Of a DNA stretch of 64,000 nt, positions 27,391 to 41,100 are shown piece after piece. Source of the stretch: Balanoglossus misakiensis. Taxonomy: Eukaryota > Animalia > Hemichordata. Both the position numbers and the translations under genes were made by a program. Location: the NCBI GenBank assembly GCA_040954595.2, contig CM082578.2, positions 8,293,519-8,357,518 of the forward strand, given 5' to 3'. The stretch's first letter is position 1. Each line of letters begins with the position of its first letter. The notes under the pieces were generated by a model. That model worked only from the letters and a program-made list of their open reading frames with translations. It was not told where the DNA came from and ran no database searches.

Positions 27391-30300
27391 ACTCAAACAG
27401 CGAGGATTTTCCGTTGTCTTGAATATGAACCAAATAAGAATCCTAATTTTTGGCCCAATTTTTGGGTACCCTCAGCTGACCTTTGAAGTATACTTACTGA
27501 AGTACTTACAACGTAGAAGTTCACCTTTGGTTGTTGTGTTTGTACCTGTAAGACATCCATTTCGGGTGGTTGCCTACTTCCCCATATCTCTATATCCAGA
27601 GCAAATACAGCCTACGCATTTGAATGGTACAACCCTGAATGGAGTCTAATGGTTATTAACTCTATGCTTGGGCCCCTTCAATGCTGCTTGCAGCTTTAAT
27701 TTTTCCAGTTTTTCATGAGTCATCAATGCACTGGGTCCCCCGGAGGGGTCTTTTGATAAAAGCAAACGTACCATAATATTTAAAAGTCGAGCTGACATAT
27801 TTTTTAAGTAAATAATCCCAACAGCATTATAACAGCAGCTTCATAGTCCTTTTGCCAATTAATGAGCTTGTAGTCGGCCATTTTGTTCTTTTCATGTCCA
27901 GTTTAACTCGGTCATTCTAAAAACTGACTTTGTTTTGTCAAAATTTGGCACTACCACAGAGTGTAAACACTCTTTCTCAATCCCTGCTTTCCCCATCAGT
28001 GAATGCTGAAGTATAAAATATTTGTATTACATAAATGTGAAATTATAAGTAAATGACAATAATATTTTATCATGACAAGCATTTTCTCACCCCACACATT
28101 GGTATGTGGGAAACAGTAGCAGTCAATGTTGTTCTCTCCCCCTTCGCTTTATAAATAAAGATTAAAGCGATTGTCATTAAAAGTACATTGATACATGTAC
28201 CCTAAATTATGAGCCTTGACGTAAAGGAATGCATATCTACCGGTAGATTTGGATCAGTCACTGCGTGCGTGCGACTACTGCATGCATCGAAGTCCCTCTG
28301 GAGGTCATAGTGTGAGATTATCGTAACCAGCGTTGCTTGCAATTCAAATCCATCATGTGACTCATTCCCTCGGCTTCTTTTGCGTCAATCTACATTCAGG
28401 ACCGGCATTGCCAGTCGTTCAGTCCTCTTTTCCCGCATCACTCACATTTAGTGCTTCACGGAAATTTCTCTCTGTTTTATTTGGGATATATTCGCCGGGT
28501 GATGAACATCGTTCTCCCCTTGTCGATGTTTTCTCGCGGATTGATGAAGAGAAGGTAAGCCGTGAAATAGTTCCCTCCCCCTTTTTGTCGAGTGTGCGGC
28601 GCTCAGAAATGTGTGTCACGACTGTGTTTGATGGGTTCTCTCTTCAGTGAGAGTCGAGATTGTTTTACAGTCGCCACCGCACAGATGCAGTTACAAATTG
28701 ATGCAATTTGCAGGCAGTATAGCGGCAGTGAGTCGTTCCACAGCCATGCCTCAGAACTAGAATAACCATTTTAGTGAGTAGCTAATCATAAATGGAAAAC
28801 CAAATGCATTTTCTATGAAAAAAGCTATCTGTTCCCGTTAGGTGTGACGCCGAAAACATGGAAATTAAAAAAAAGCAAAATAATTAAGGTTCCTCAACCG
28901 ATGGCTATGATGAGTTGACGCTGTACTGTAGTGAATAATTCACTCAGTGTCTGCAGTTTCTTTCCTGACAAAGTGAGGCAGTCAGCTGTTTTCCAAGCAA
29001 AAAAGAGTCAGTCTCGTTAGTCACCGTAACCAAGGAGGCCAGGAGGCATAATTATAGATTGTGAGTATCTAACTCAATGCAGAATTAAGTGACTTTTGTG
29101 GCTTATATGCTTAATTGCCTCTACCTGAAAAGTGTGTTCGTGTTCCACGTCAGGTTTTGTATTTGCACATCTCTGCTGAAAGAAAAACCATTCAACCATT
29201 TAAATTGTTATATGTTAGTGTCACCTACCACAACCCGTCTTGGCAATTACAGCTAATCTATAAATACTTTCCATTGCAATTTGCGAATTCAGTGGAAAAA
29301 AATAGAAGAAAATGCTTTTAAGGACTCCAGAAAAGGGCAGTTTCACAGAAATGTTATAAGTGTCAGTATGTCTGTCCTGGCAGTCAGACAACATTTCCAC
29401 ATCAATATCTTGCGCTTTACAATAGATTGGCATTTCTGACTGTTCGATATTGGAAACGCTTTGACCAGACCACACTGAAAACAATCTAGAAAGATGGCGA
29501 CGTACTACCAGTTACTTATCTGTAAATTGGTCTGGATTTAAATGCAAAGTCTGCTTGCTTTCTTGCTTGCTGACAGCGATGTGAAGTCGTTCGCAAGCCA
29601 CTTTGTTTGTCAAGCACGTCAGCAAACCAAGGGTGAAAATTTTAAGCCATCGATGACCTAAATTAAAATTTTATGTTCTCACGGCTAATACAGTGAATAT
29701 AGTATTTAAAATATTTTATGGTGTAAATGGGAATGAGAGATTTGTGTTTGCTGTTTTTTCAGTAGAACATTTCAGAAAGTATTTATTACCTGATGCGGTT
29801 GTGTTCCAAAGATGCACTGATCTAACTTATAATTATGTTTTAGTTGAATAAAACATGAGCAGGTAACCGCGGCTGATCAAGTTTCAAAAAGTAAAAGCAG
29901 ATGGGTAACATGACTAGACACTGCGCTCTCTGATGATGGTCCGCATGTCCTGGGGCTGGATGATTAGTCACGCAATTCAAACATTTAACATTTTCTGCGT
30001 GGATACGATACATATCCGAAACACAATATGAGCTCCTTTGAGTGGATACACGCTGTGTATTTTGTGTGTGTTTGATAAACATTGTAAGGAGAACTCAGTA
30101 CCGTCCAAGGCAAAAGATCGAAACAACAAGTGTTCTGCTTTTGCAGATGACATTTGATCAGGCATTTCCCCTCATTAGAGCCCAGGTGGGGCGCCAGACA
30201 CATGTCAAATTTGGAAGAAGAAGAAAAATGTGGGATGAGCTCTTGTCCGAGCATCCACCTTGATAAATTTGAAAGTCAGGCAATTTGCTTGCCTGTCAGT

Positions 30301-32744
30301 GTCATTGCAGACTAGACGAACTGAAGCACACAGAAAAAATTAGACACCTTAATTTGGAACTGAAAGTGAGTGAACTATGCGCACTCAAAATTTGAGATGA
30401 CTCGAAAATAACAGAAACCAAACATAATGCCAGACACCATTATTTCCTTCTTCTGCCAGACACACCAAAATAGATCTACTGGGTGAAAATCAGGCTTTAT
30501 AAGATATACATGTATAACTTCACTGTCAACGGGGATAGGGCCTGTACTGTAATTAATGTGTTATAAGCATCTTAAAAGTCTTAAGTCAACTTTTAAAGAT
30601 ATACCCGGTATATGATTTTTACGGGATTTGACAATATGGACTGTATGCTTAATGCTGCCCTACAAAATGTGGTTTGTCCAGCACTTTAACATCCAGTTTG
30701 AAAGGTATACATTTTTCTGTCCTTGGACGGCAGTTTTCCTGTTATTAAGATTAACGACCTTAAGTTATCTTTGTGGCTGCGTGCCCACCTGAAGGTCTGT
30801 TGGGACCATGCGAATAAATAGTGAATAATCAATCGCAGACATTTCTGATGGTGGAAAGCATCAAGAGATAAGATTTTCTGCACATCTGCTCTGTCTCCAT
30901 TTACACGGTATGTGTTGAGTTGACACCGTTCTCATCAGTATTCAAGAAGAGTACTTATATTTGTCAACTTGAAGGAAGACGTGCGATGAGGTGGATTACC
31001 CTCTGTTAATACCAAAACGTAAACTTATCAAAGAGAATGCCGAGTAGCGTTTGCATGTACGTCATAGGCAATCTTGTTCCAGTGGTTAGAATTATACCTC
31101 TCGGCAGATCACCACCCATTTTTTTTTCTCAGATGAGCCACCACAGGGGGCAGTTAGGTTCATAAGCTGTTTGTAATATATATCACCCAGGAAATATATT
31201 ATTTCTGAGTCAATAACGGCGGGTGGCTTATAATTTGATATAAACTTGGTAATTGATGGGATTTGGAAATATTACCCAGTTGCACACTGGACATCTCTCT
31301 TTCCACTGTGACGAGTAAGTTGTTTTTACATTTCTTGTCACGCACATTGATTTTATCAATACCATCAAGCAGATTTGTTTATTGAGTTTGATTGTGTATG
31401 TATTTTAGTTGTTTGTACATTGCCGTTATTTTTTTTTCATTTTAAGTGTATAGATGTGCCAATTGTCAAACAAATCTGGGAAATGTTATGCCACTGCCCC
31501 AAAATTCCATCCAAATGTTAAATTTATATTAATATTTTTCATAAAAGTATTAGTGGATACGAAAAGATGGATAATGACTAGTTATATTAAATATACTATT
31601 GCGAATCTGAGTGAGTCTAGTATTTTGCAACTGGTACAGGGTTGAAGAAGAAGATATTCACAAGTGTCCTGGAGATGTGACTGTGAATAGTCATTAAATA
31701 CAACCATCTTGTGCTTGGTACGTGCAGTGCGACAGAAGAGCATAGAAATTTCAAGATTTCTGTTTTGAATATCACTGGTTTCCTTCTCAGTGACATTAGA
31801 ATACAATGTACGCAATTGTCATCCAACAACTTCATAGGAATATTAGTCAGTGAAATGCTGAGGTTTTATTTTCAATGGCAGCAGATTGTCATATTTTTTA
31901 CTTTTTTACAGACTGAGATAATAACTTTTTCAAACAGAGCATGTTCAGTTCGTTAAGAACACTGTAGACATAAAAGTCTAGAACCTAATTAAAATAATAG
32001 AGTGAGCAGTCTGAGATGAGATATTTGATACACAGAGAGACATTCAGTTTGGTCAGTGTATCTTTCTAGGTATTCCATCTGATTCACCGGTCTACAATGA
32101 TATCAATTGAAATTTGCCAATTTCAGTCCATATTTGCAGCTCTATGTATGCCAGTCAAGTAGATTAATTTTGTTTGATTAATGACTAATATGGGTACAAA
32201 TGTACATGTATGTGACTATCAGAACAATGATAAAATGGGAGTTGTCAAATCAAATCTTCAGTTTTTGTGGCATCATTACATTACGCTCACAAGAGTCTCA
32301 TTGAACATTGTAACGCTGATCATGTAACTGTACAGTTGGAACGCATTCTTGCGTTTCTCTTTTTACAATTTACAGCCAGCTTGAGTGAACAAATTTATTT
32401 GGTTCCAACACAAAATGAATATCATAAGAGACTTAATATACCATCATCTGACATGACAGGCATCTCAATTATTGGACAGAATCTCTCAATCAACAGACAG
32501 ACTTGCCAAATCCTGCACATCTGGCAGATTCCTCCACAGAATTCTATTTACACCGTTTTTCTTAATTTTGAAGCAAGCCATTAACCGTTTTCGCAAATCT
32601 TCCAGGTCTGGGTTGCGTTCCTTTGCCATGTGTTAATCTTGTGTCTGGCAGCTTCAAATTAAATTGTGTAATCTAATAAATATCGAGCTGCGTGGGAGCT
32701 GCTCTTTAGGGTTAGTGGTTCGACTCACAGCTTTCTGAAAGCGC

Positions 32745-32855
32745 TACTTCTTCAATTAGAGTTTGCAGCGATAATCGTCGTTTTCCTTTCAAATCAAGTA
32801 AATACTGGCTTAATATACTTCTCCAATTAGAGTTTCAGAGATAATCGTTATTTTC
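32745..32855 (+). repeat. Short tandem duplication, period about 71 bp
   Basis: TACTTCT.CAATTAGAGTTT.CAG.GATAATCGT..TTTTC at 32745 and 32816. Confidence 0.75.
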
Positions 32856-34907
32856 GTCGAGCAATGTTTCCTTTTGAAATAACCAGAACAACTGTTTATT
32901 GTTGCTTAAGGCATGTCGCTTTTAGTTTAAAGTTCTCCATTAAGTTCAAAGTATTGAAATTTTTTTTCAGTTCATATTTAGGGTAATACAAGATCTTTTC
33001 GAATGTATATGAAGATGACCTGGGGGCAATTACATCTTGACAAAGGATTTGATATCAGACAAGCATAGTATGATCTGTAATTGACATTAAACGCCTGGGA
33101 GTTACCACAGGTGGTGGTTTGTAGATGAAATGAAGGGAATTCCTTCATTCATTTCAAGGGGATTGATTCTTGGTGAATTTTATTAAAAACACGGTGGGCA
33201 TCAAAACTCATAACTTTGTGACCTCTGACCTTGCTGTTCGTTTTAACTTGCTCTACTCAAGTTATTTCTGAAAACTCCTGTTTCACTGAGGAAATTGAAC
33301 TGCGTTGTTTGGTAGCATTGCATGCACAGGCCCTCAGCTGCAATGTGATCGATCATGTTCTCCTAAGCACAGCTTCATAACAGAACAATAGAACCATAGT
33401 TGCCCCATTTTTTTCTTACCGTACCATCTGTGATGTAGTTATCACATCACTACCGGTAATATCAACAAGGGCTGGTAGTCAGTGAAAAAAACACCCAATT
33501 AATTTTCCGTCATTTTTTGCACCTGTTCTTTCAATCACCCATCTACTTTGAAAGTTATCTACGAAGTCCCTGTGTATCTTCATGAGGAATGTGTTGTTGT
33601 TGGTGTTTTTCTCACATCATGCCATTGCCAGACTCTAATAGAAACACTAACGCCAGTTTTCAGTCCCCTGGTTTAAAATCCATTCAAATCAAGTCATTGA
33701 ATGCAAGGAGCCAGCAATTGATATGCGTTTGAATTTGTACCAAAGAAGGCATGAAGACGCTTGCAATCAGAAAGAAGTCTGTTCCTTATTCCCCAGAGCT
33801 TCCACCTAGTTAGCTTGCCCTCCTGAGAGAATGAGTCAGCCAGTGACTAAAGAACTGTCTACATATTCAGTCTTTGGACCTTGCAAAAAGATGTCTTGAT
33901 TCTTTCATCGCAGAATATTAAAATGTTCCAAAATGGATTAACTGCGAAGACGCTGCTACAGTGCTCATTCTCGAAGTGCAATGCTTTCAGCATGATTACT
34001 ACTCACGCCCAATAATCACTGCGTTTTAACATCTTGATCCGGCGACTGATTTAGAATTCACATCACGCAGAGACTGAAATTCATCTTGAGAAAAGGGTAG
34101 GCTTGTTGTACACACAAGGAGGCAACAATAATGTCTTTCCAACCCCCAACCCCCCATCTTGCTGTCTCAACCATCAGAAATAATAACGGATCAATCTCTT
34201 GTTTTATCTTCACAGATTGACCAGCGCCGGACTTCTGCATTGACGCTTTACAGTGTGAAAGATTGACATATATTTAATCCGATCCTGAGGAAATAACTTC
34301 ACTTTGGAAAGGTATCGCAGTGTCAGTGTCAACCAATCTGCTTCAGTGGAGTGAATTTGATGGATACACGTTAATCCCGTTAAACAAATCTCTTCTTAAT
34401 CATTTTATTTATCAAACCTATCAAATATATAAACTTTTTTTTGAACTGCAAAATTTTGCTATTTTGGATTTTCTGTTGTGTTTGTTAATACTGCCCTTTT
34501 GTTTGTTGCACCTGAGAAAAATTGTGTGAAAAACAAAATTCAAAATATCTCGCTGGAAGAAAAGTAAGTTTTGATGCTTGAAATAAATAACCGCGCGTAG
34601 ACTTTGGAGATCTTCCTTTTTGTATTCCGGTAGCTCTTTGCCGGTGGCGCGATATATGAGCCATCTGCCGACTTGGGACACTCGCACCATATGCGTAACT
34701 TTCCCGGATAGAGTGATCCAATTCCATGGATGATTCCGAAAATTTCACCTGAAGATATTTAGGAATCCGTCTCCAGATACCAAAAAAAAAAGAAAATCAG
34801 TAATTACGCTCACTTGATGTGAGTAGAATTTTAACAGCTTGTTTAGAGGCACTACATTTTTTTAAAGAAGACTTTTTCCCCCCTGCTGAGCGACTGTTGC
34901 TGCCGAA

Positions 34908-35143
34908 ATGAATTTTCTGAGGCGGCGATTCTCCGACCCCAACGCGGCGGCCAACGTTCCCAACGGTTACCTTCAGAGCATCGGTGTGGATGACAACAGA
35001 GAGCGTGTGTTACAGTCCGCTGGCGCCTCGCCGCAATCGATAAGAAGAGACTTGGGATTTTTGAGCTCTTTAACGGGCGGCCGCACAGAGCCGAAAGGGA
35101 AGACGAAGACCCTATTGGTTATTGATGACCCACACACAGATTG
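34908..35143 (+). CDS. SYN: Synapsin coding exon 1 (A and B domains, start of C domain)
   Basis: ATG at 34908, [10 protein letters not shown]...[10 protein letters not shown](W); donor TG|GTGAGT, phase 2. Confidence 0.96.
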
Positions 35144-38100
35144 GTGAGTACAGAAAACGCCATTTTTAACCATTATCATTAAGTTTAATCATCATCGCTG
35201 TGGCATCCCCCGCATTCCCATCTGCCCACTACCGCTTTAGCGATCAGCGCTGTTGATTAGTGTCTTCGAGATACAACCGCTGACATGAGCCTCTCTTGGT
35301 CGCAAGCCACTAATTACATTTTTGTAGGTTGCATCAATTTTAATCTCGCCCCGAAAGCAGAGAGTGCTGCGTAATTGAACTGATGCTAACGTCGTTTCAT
35401 CAGAGTCAGCCCGGTTTGACTTGCTGGCAATTACCCTTTGCAAGTTTTATTTCTTGCATAGAATCGATTTCTGCCCCGCAACTCTTTCAAGCAGTCATTT
35501 CAGATTCCGTCTGGCCCAGGCATCATCAATATTGCGTTCGGAGGACGTCAGCCATGCAGCCCGCACGCATTGTGGTATTGCCTGAGTTTCGAATGCATGA
35601 AAGTGTATCAAAGAAACACATCCAATTTTGTGTCTGCAGGCAAGGTTGAGCAAGTTCCATCGTAGGATAAACTCTTGAAAAATGGATCTGTGGTACAGTG
35701 TATAATAATGTTTAGACCTGTGTTTATGTATGCTGTCATCAGTAACATAGTAAATGGATTGTGAATAAAAACTATTTTACTAATTTTTATGGATAGTAAC
35801 ACATGCAACCTGCCAAGTAAAAACAGTTCAGAAATGTATGTACTAACCAGGCGAACGGGGTCTTACACAAAATATTTTCCAAATGTGAGGGCGCCCTCTC
35901 TAATAGGGTTTAAAATACCTGTACATTACGAGTGTATTAACTCGAGGTACATGTCTATAAAACCTCTATTCAATTAGGAAATTTGATGCAAGTCTTGCTA
36001 GAGATATTACGATTATCAGATTATCCATAACCTGTCCCCACTTTCAAGTTTCAACCAGAGATATGCATCTTTAGGGTTGACATCAAACAGTGTCTTGATG
36101 GGACTAACATTCTATGATTATAATAATCCACTTGAAAACAGCTAAACTCCCAAGCACGCATACATGTAGACTAAAAGGTGCCTCGCTAAGTTGTCAGTCC
36201 CGTAAATATACCGAGGACGTGCCCTCAAGTGACATCTCCAACCAGACCCTTGTCAATTTGAAAGGATTCACTTACTCAAGCTGTGCGATGCTTTAACTAC
36301 TTAGAAAACTGGATTACTGCGGGGTAAATGCAGCGATAATAATCCTCCAGAGACCTGCTAAATTCCTTCGCTTTAGCTGTCTAATTGTAGATTCGTGTAT
36401 CCCGGCTTGTATTTGTTCCAGGATGTCCTTCCAGAACCTCATCCGTGTATTAAACATGTTCAAGTTTGCAAATTACCTCCAGGCCGGAATGTCACCTTCC
36501 CCGGACTTGTCAATTAAGCTTTAACTTTCATTCATTTGATGTCATTTCCCCAAAAAGATGACATCTATACATTGAGGTCTGTGACATATGGCCTTAAACA
36601 TCCTGAAACTACTCACTGAATAGAAAATGAAGTGCCGTTTTGAACTGACATGTGCGTTTCCGTCAAGTTCTTTGAGATACAGAAGTGCCTAATAATTCTA
36701 TCTTTATTCAGGATGAGTGTGTCATGTACATGTATCAAACTGTGCCTCTTTAGGTGTCAGAAAGGGCCGTCAGCAGATGTCCTGTTCAATGAACGGCCAT
36801 TGAGATATGTCACTCGGGTTATTGATGGTATTAATTGTTTGACCTTTTAAGTCGAAGATGGAGAGATCTGGACAGAGTGAAAATGTACATGTACAAATGC
36901 AATCAGGAGAAAATCAAGTACTTGACTGACTTGTAAACTAATTCACAGATCAATATATCATTGGATTGGCAATGCCAGTGGCAGGTAAATGAAAATTTAT
37001 CAGAATAGGTATACTGTAAAAGAATTAAAATCCTAGTGAAAATTCTTAATTTCTATTCCTTACACAAATAAAGTTGACAAGAAATGGTGAAAATAAAATC
37101 TTAGTATTATTCAACATTTTTGTGTTCAATGAAACTAAATTCCAGCGAAAATAAAATATTCCACAGCAAGGTATATGAGGATTCCTCCTATAATGGAAGT
37201 ATTCTCTAAAAATTACTCATGATTCATCATTGGATAGGAAAACCTGACCCTAATGCCTCTATCAGACTGCATCTCCCCAGCCTTTTATAATTACGTGTAA
37301 CCTCACTATCAATCACATTTCCAGTATTAAAGCCAAAATCTAAATCAGTGCGTGCATTGTGATCAGAATGACTAATTTGACATTATTTCCGCCAGGAAAC
37401 TTCTGCCTTCAGAAAGTACACATTGATTGTTTAGCATGACCGCCCAGTGTAATGAATAAAATATTGACACTGTTAAAGGGATTTAGCTATGAATAGATCA
37501 GAACGGTGATATAGTCACAAAGAAACCACAGCCTCAGGATGCAGATTCAAAAACGCATTTGTTTTCAAAGAACTTCCTGTCCCCCAGGCTTGTGAAAATT
37601 GAATAATGCACAGGTTAGATCAGCAGTAATGTGTTGCCATAGTTTCTGACTGGGCCTGGCATGACATTTTGTAAAGTACACAGCGAGACATCTACATATT
37701 ACATTGTAATAAATTAAAATGTACTTTTCAAGTGAGAACCCTGCACGAACAGAAGTTTACTTAAACTTTTCTATAAAATGTTATTTGATCAGAAAAAAAA
37801 ATTCTGCTCGTTTGGGCTCTTGAAACTGAGTATATACCCTTCAGTGTATCAGGTATGACAGGGATGATTCTAGCGGTGAAGTAAAAAAGTGGAACATCTG
37901 AACAGGTGTTTGAATTGTATCTGCAAGTATTGTAAGTTTTGCATGATGAATGTTGTGGCTTTGCTAGAGGGCAACAGACGGATGATACTGATATCATTTT
38001 GTGTTCAGTATTCAGTCAGTGTCATGATGGCAAATGAATGGATTATATACCGGAATATTAGCTGCCAAATTCAAGCCAGGTTTCATGTGTGTGAATGCAT

Positions 38101-41100
38101 CATACATGTTTCAGATCAGGTTCTGTTTGAAGTTCTATAATGTTGGTTTGGGAATGATATTTATTTTGATTGAGCAAAACTAATCCTAACCCTAATAACC
38201 CAAACCCTATTAAACCAGGCAGAATGATGGATGTTTTTAATTTTTAGAAAACAAATTTTTTGGTATCTGTCTCTCTTTCTAGAATTGGTATTCAAAAATG
38301 TGTCACCTTTTGTGTGCATGAGTTATGATTTACAATCTGAAACATTGCCTGAATTGACCTGGGGAAAATGAACTGTCACTTTTAGCATTATTTTCATGAT
38401 TTACTTTCAGCCTTAGACTGGGCTATTAAAATAAGCTTTTATACTGATGGTAAAACACAAATGTATTACCAGATACGTAACAGATTTATCAATTTCAAGG
38501 TCATAATAATCACAGCACACAAGAAAAACAATGTGACTTTTTCAGCTCGGCCCATATAACCTGCACTGAGAAATTTGACTGAATCACTCCAATTCAGGTA
38601 GAATCAGTTACCGACTCCCAAAGGACTGCAGAATGGCAGTTCAAAATCATGCGCCTTGCATAAAAATCTATCAAGAGACCACCTTTACGTGGCAGTGTAG
38701 TGAGAAACTCGTTAAAACAAGCACAAGCCATGCATATTGCTCCACTCGGGTCGTGAACTCAAATTCAATGTCCTGAAGAGATATAATCCAAGAGGAACAG
38801 AGACTTGTCAAGCTTTGTGTTTCACTGTCTAAAGTCATAACACATCATTTAAAGATGGTGGATGAAGCTAATCCAGGATGTTTTGGATACAAGTAATCAT
38901 GTATAAAGCAAAGCTAAGAACAAAAGCACATTTAACTGTTTTGATCTACATGTATCACTTTATCTTGAATTCCTGCTTCAAAATGAGTATTATACTGGCA
39001 ATAAATTAGCTAGTTGAAGTTTCTGTGAGAAATCTGAAATTATTGCCTAATATAAAGACTGCACTTTGATCATCTTGACCGTGTTAATTAATTCTCCATA
39101 CCTTTTCCAAATAGGTTCTGCAAATAATTAATTGGTTATTTGGATTCCCTTTCAGGTCAAAATATTTCAGAGGCAAGAAAGTACATGGAGAATACGACAT
39201 CAAAGTTGAACAGGTGAGAGAGGTTTATTCAGTGTAAAATTAATTCAATTTGAAACCTCATTTTGCAAAAGCTTCAGTTTCTATGCATAATTTGCCATGG
39301 TGACGAGTTGATCACTTTAATAGGTGCATGGTGTCCTTGAATGAATGAATTGACATTAATTAATTAATGATAATGATAATAGTATCAAGTGACTAATCAC
39401 TGTTTTCATTGTTTACAGTGTGAATTTTCAGAGCTAAATCTAGCATCCTATTCTGAAGGAGGCACAATGGTGGACATGCAGCTCTACAGACAGGGAACAA
39501 AAATTGTCAGGTGAGAGAGTGACCTCCTGTGACCTTTGACGTTGACCCTTGAACTTGCAACGTACCCTTGTATTTTGCCAAATCAGTTTCGCAGAGAAGG
39601 GTTGGTTGGCGAGTTAAAGTGCACATGGGCTGTCCTTACTTTCCTCAATAATTTTATTGACCTGGCACACAAAGTTGAAGTCCAGCAAAGTTTTCTTTAT
39701 AGTCAAAAGATGAGAGGCAAAACTCAGGCCAGCATCATTGCTCCAGAGGTAAAATTTTGCATACTGTAAAAATCGATCATTTTCTTAAGCAAAACCCCTT
39801 TTTAGTGTAGTCGTTTTTGAGTAATTTTTTTTTTTAGTTCCCTTGTTGCCTCCACCGCACAGTTTTACATTTGGTTTACTGTTGTTAAATTTTTAGCAAA
39901 TATCAAGGCGTAGGAACTAGAGTTATTCGGTGAGTTTTCATTTCGTAATGTGTGCACATTTTTTAGATTCATCTCTCATAGCCACATCACTCCAGGCACA
40001 ATTATTATCATAAACTCAGTCATCTGAAAATCAGCTTGAAATTTCCTTTGCTTTTTTTTTCATCTCCATAATTTTTCCACTTTTATTCTCTTTAATTTCT
40101 GCCATTAAAGCTGCAATGCCTTGAAACTTTTTTTAGATTTCACTAGGGCATGGAAATTGTTGATTGAGTAAAAATCTTTGGTCTTTTCTGAAATCTTTTC
40201 CTTACTTTACTGCAGTGTGATTAATTCATGTTTTCTGGCCCTCAAAATGAATATGAATATACTAGCCTCAATTTTTATCGATAGGAGGGTTACAGCTTTC
40301 TGCTTGAACACAGATTTCATTGCATGTTTATTTTAAGGCAACAAACCGCATCATATAAATAACAAATAAATCAACATCAGCAGGTTCATCTGTCTGTATT
40401 CATGTCGTTTTGCTCATTGAGTTAGAGGATCAATGGTTAGCATTGCAGAATTAGTCCTTGAGGCACTCAAAGATTTCTAATCTGTAGTCTAACCATTGCA
40501 GTTGATTTCTGCATCATGAAAGACAATTTTCACTAATGGTATATCAGATATCGTTAGTCAGTCGCGAGCTTGCAAACCACGAGCAGCTGAATTTTAAGAA
40601 CTGACTTGATAGAGATTGAGGTTTAGGAATACCACTCCTGTAAATACAGTGTAACAATCTTGAGCAATTTCCCAATGGGGTTGGGGTGGAATGGGACATT
40701 TTTGTCAGCTTCGTGAATTTGCGTGTGACTCGAAAATCAGTCTTAAAACTCTTCCGCATATTTTGCTCAAGGCAACTGTATATATATAGAGCTGTCAATT
40801 TTGGAGAAAACTGAAAGCAGTGATTCGTATTGTCAGCTTGCAACATTGATGTAGAATTTGTACCATAGACTTGGAGATGATGTTCCTCTCAGCACCACAT
40901 CATATGCTCCATTGATCCGTGTACAGGGATGTTTGCATTGATTCAACACTGGAAGAAAAAAAGACGCACTGACTAAAGCATACCATATGAACCCTCAACC
41001 CCCTCCCCCACCCACCCTGGCAAGTTTCTTTTGCAGACAACCAGACTGTCATTGAAAACAGTAGATTGAAGAGGTGGGGGGGGGGGGGTCATAGTGGTGT

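Larger units (their letters stand above)
25648..27700 (+). mobile_element. Non-autonomous Helentron-like element (HINE/DINE-1-type architecture), about 2.05 kb
   Basis: 5' perfect 15-bp hairpin AGGGGACCAAGCGCC-ctca-GGCGCTTGGTCCCCT (25651-25684). Matching 3' subterminal inverted repeat GCTTGGGCCCCT (27666-27677, 1 mismatch) and terminal stem-loop GCTGC-tt-GCAGC (27683-27694). T-rich ends, internal repeats, no Rep/helicase ORF. Confidence 0.8.

Noticed and set aside
34917-34934. A-to-I recoding of the RRFS kinase site as in Drosophila synapsin
   Set aside because: The two Arg codons before Phe-Ser are CGG and CGA, so editing would be silent there.
8103-41088. All four long G-tracts lie on the + strand
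   Set aside because: Too few to show strand bias, and homopolymer lengths are error-prone.
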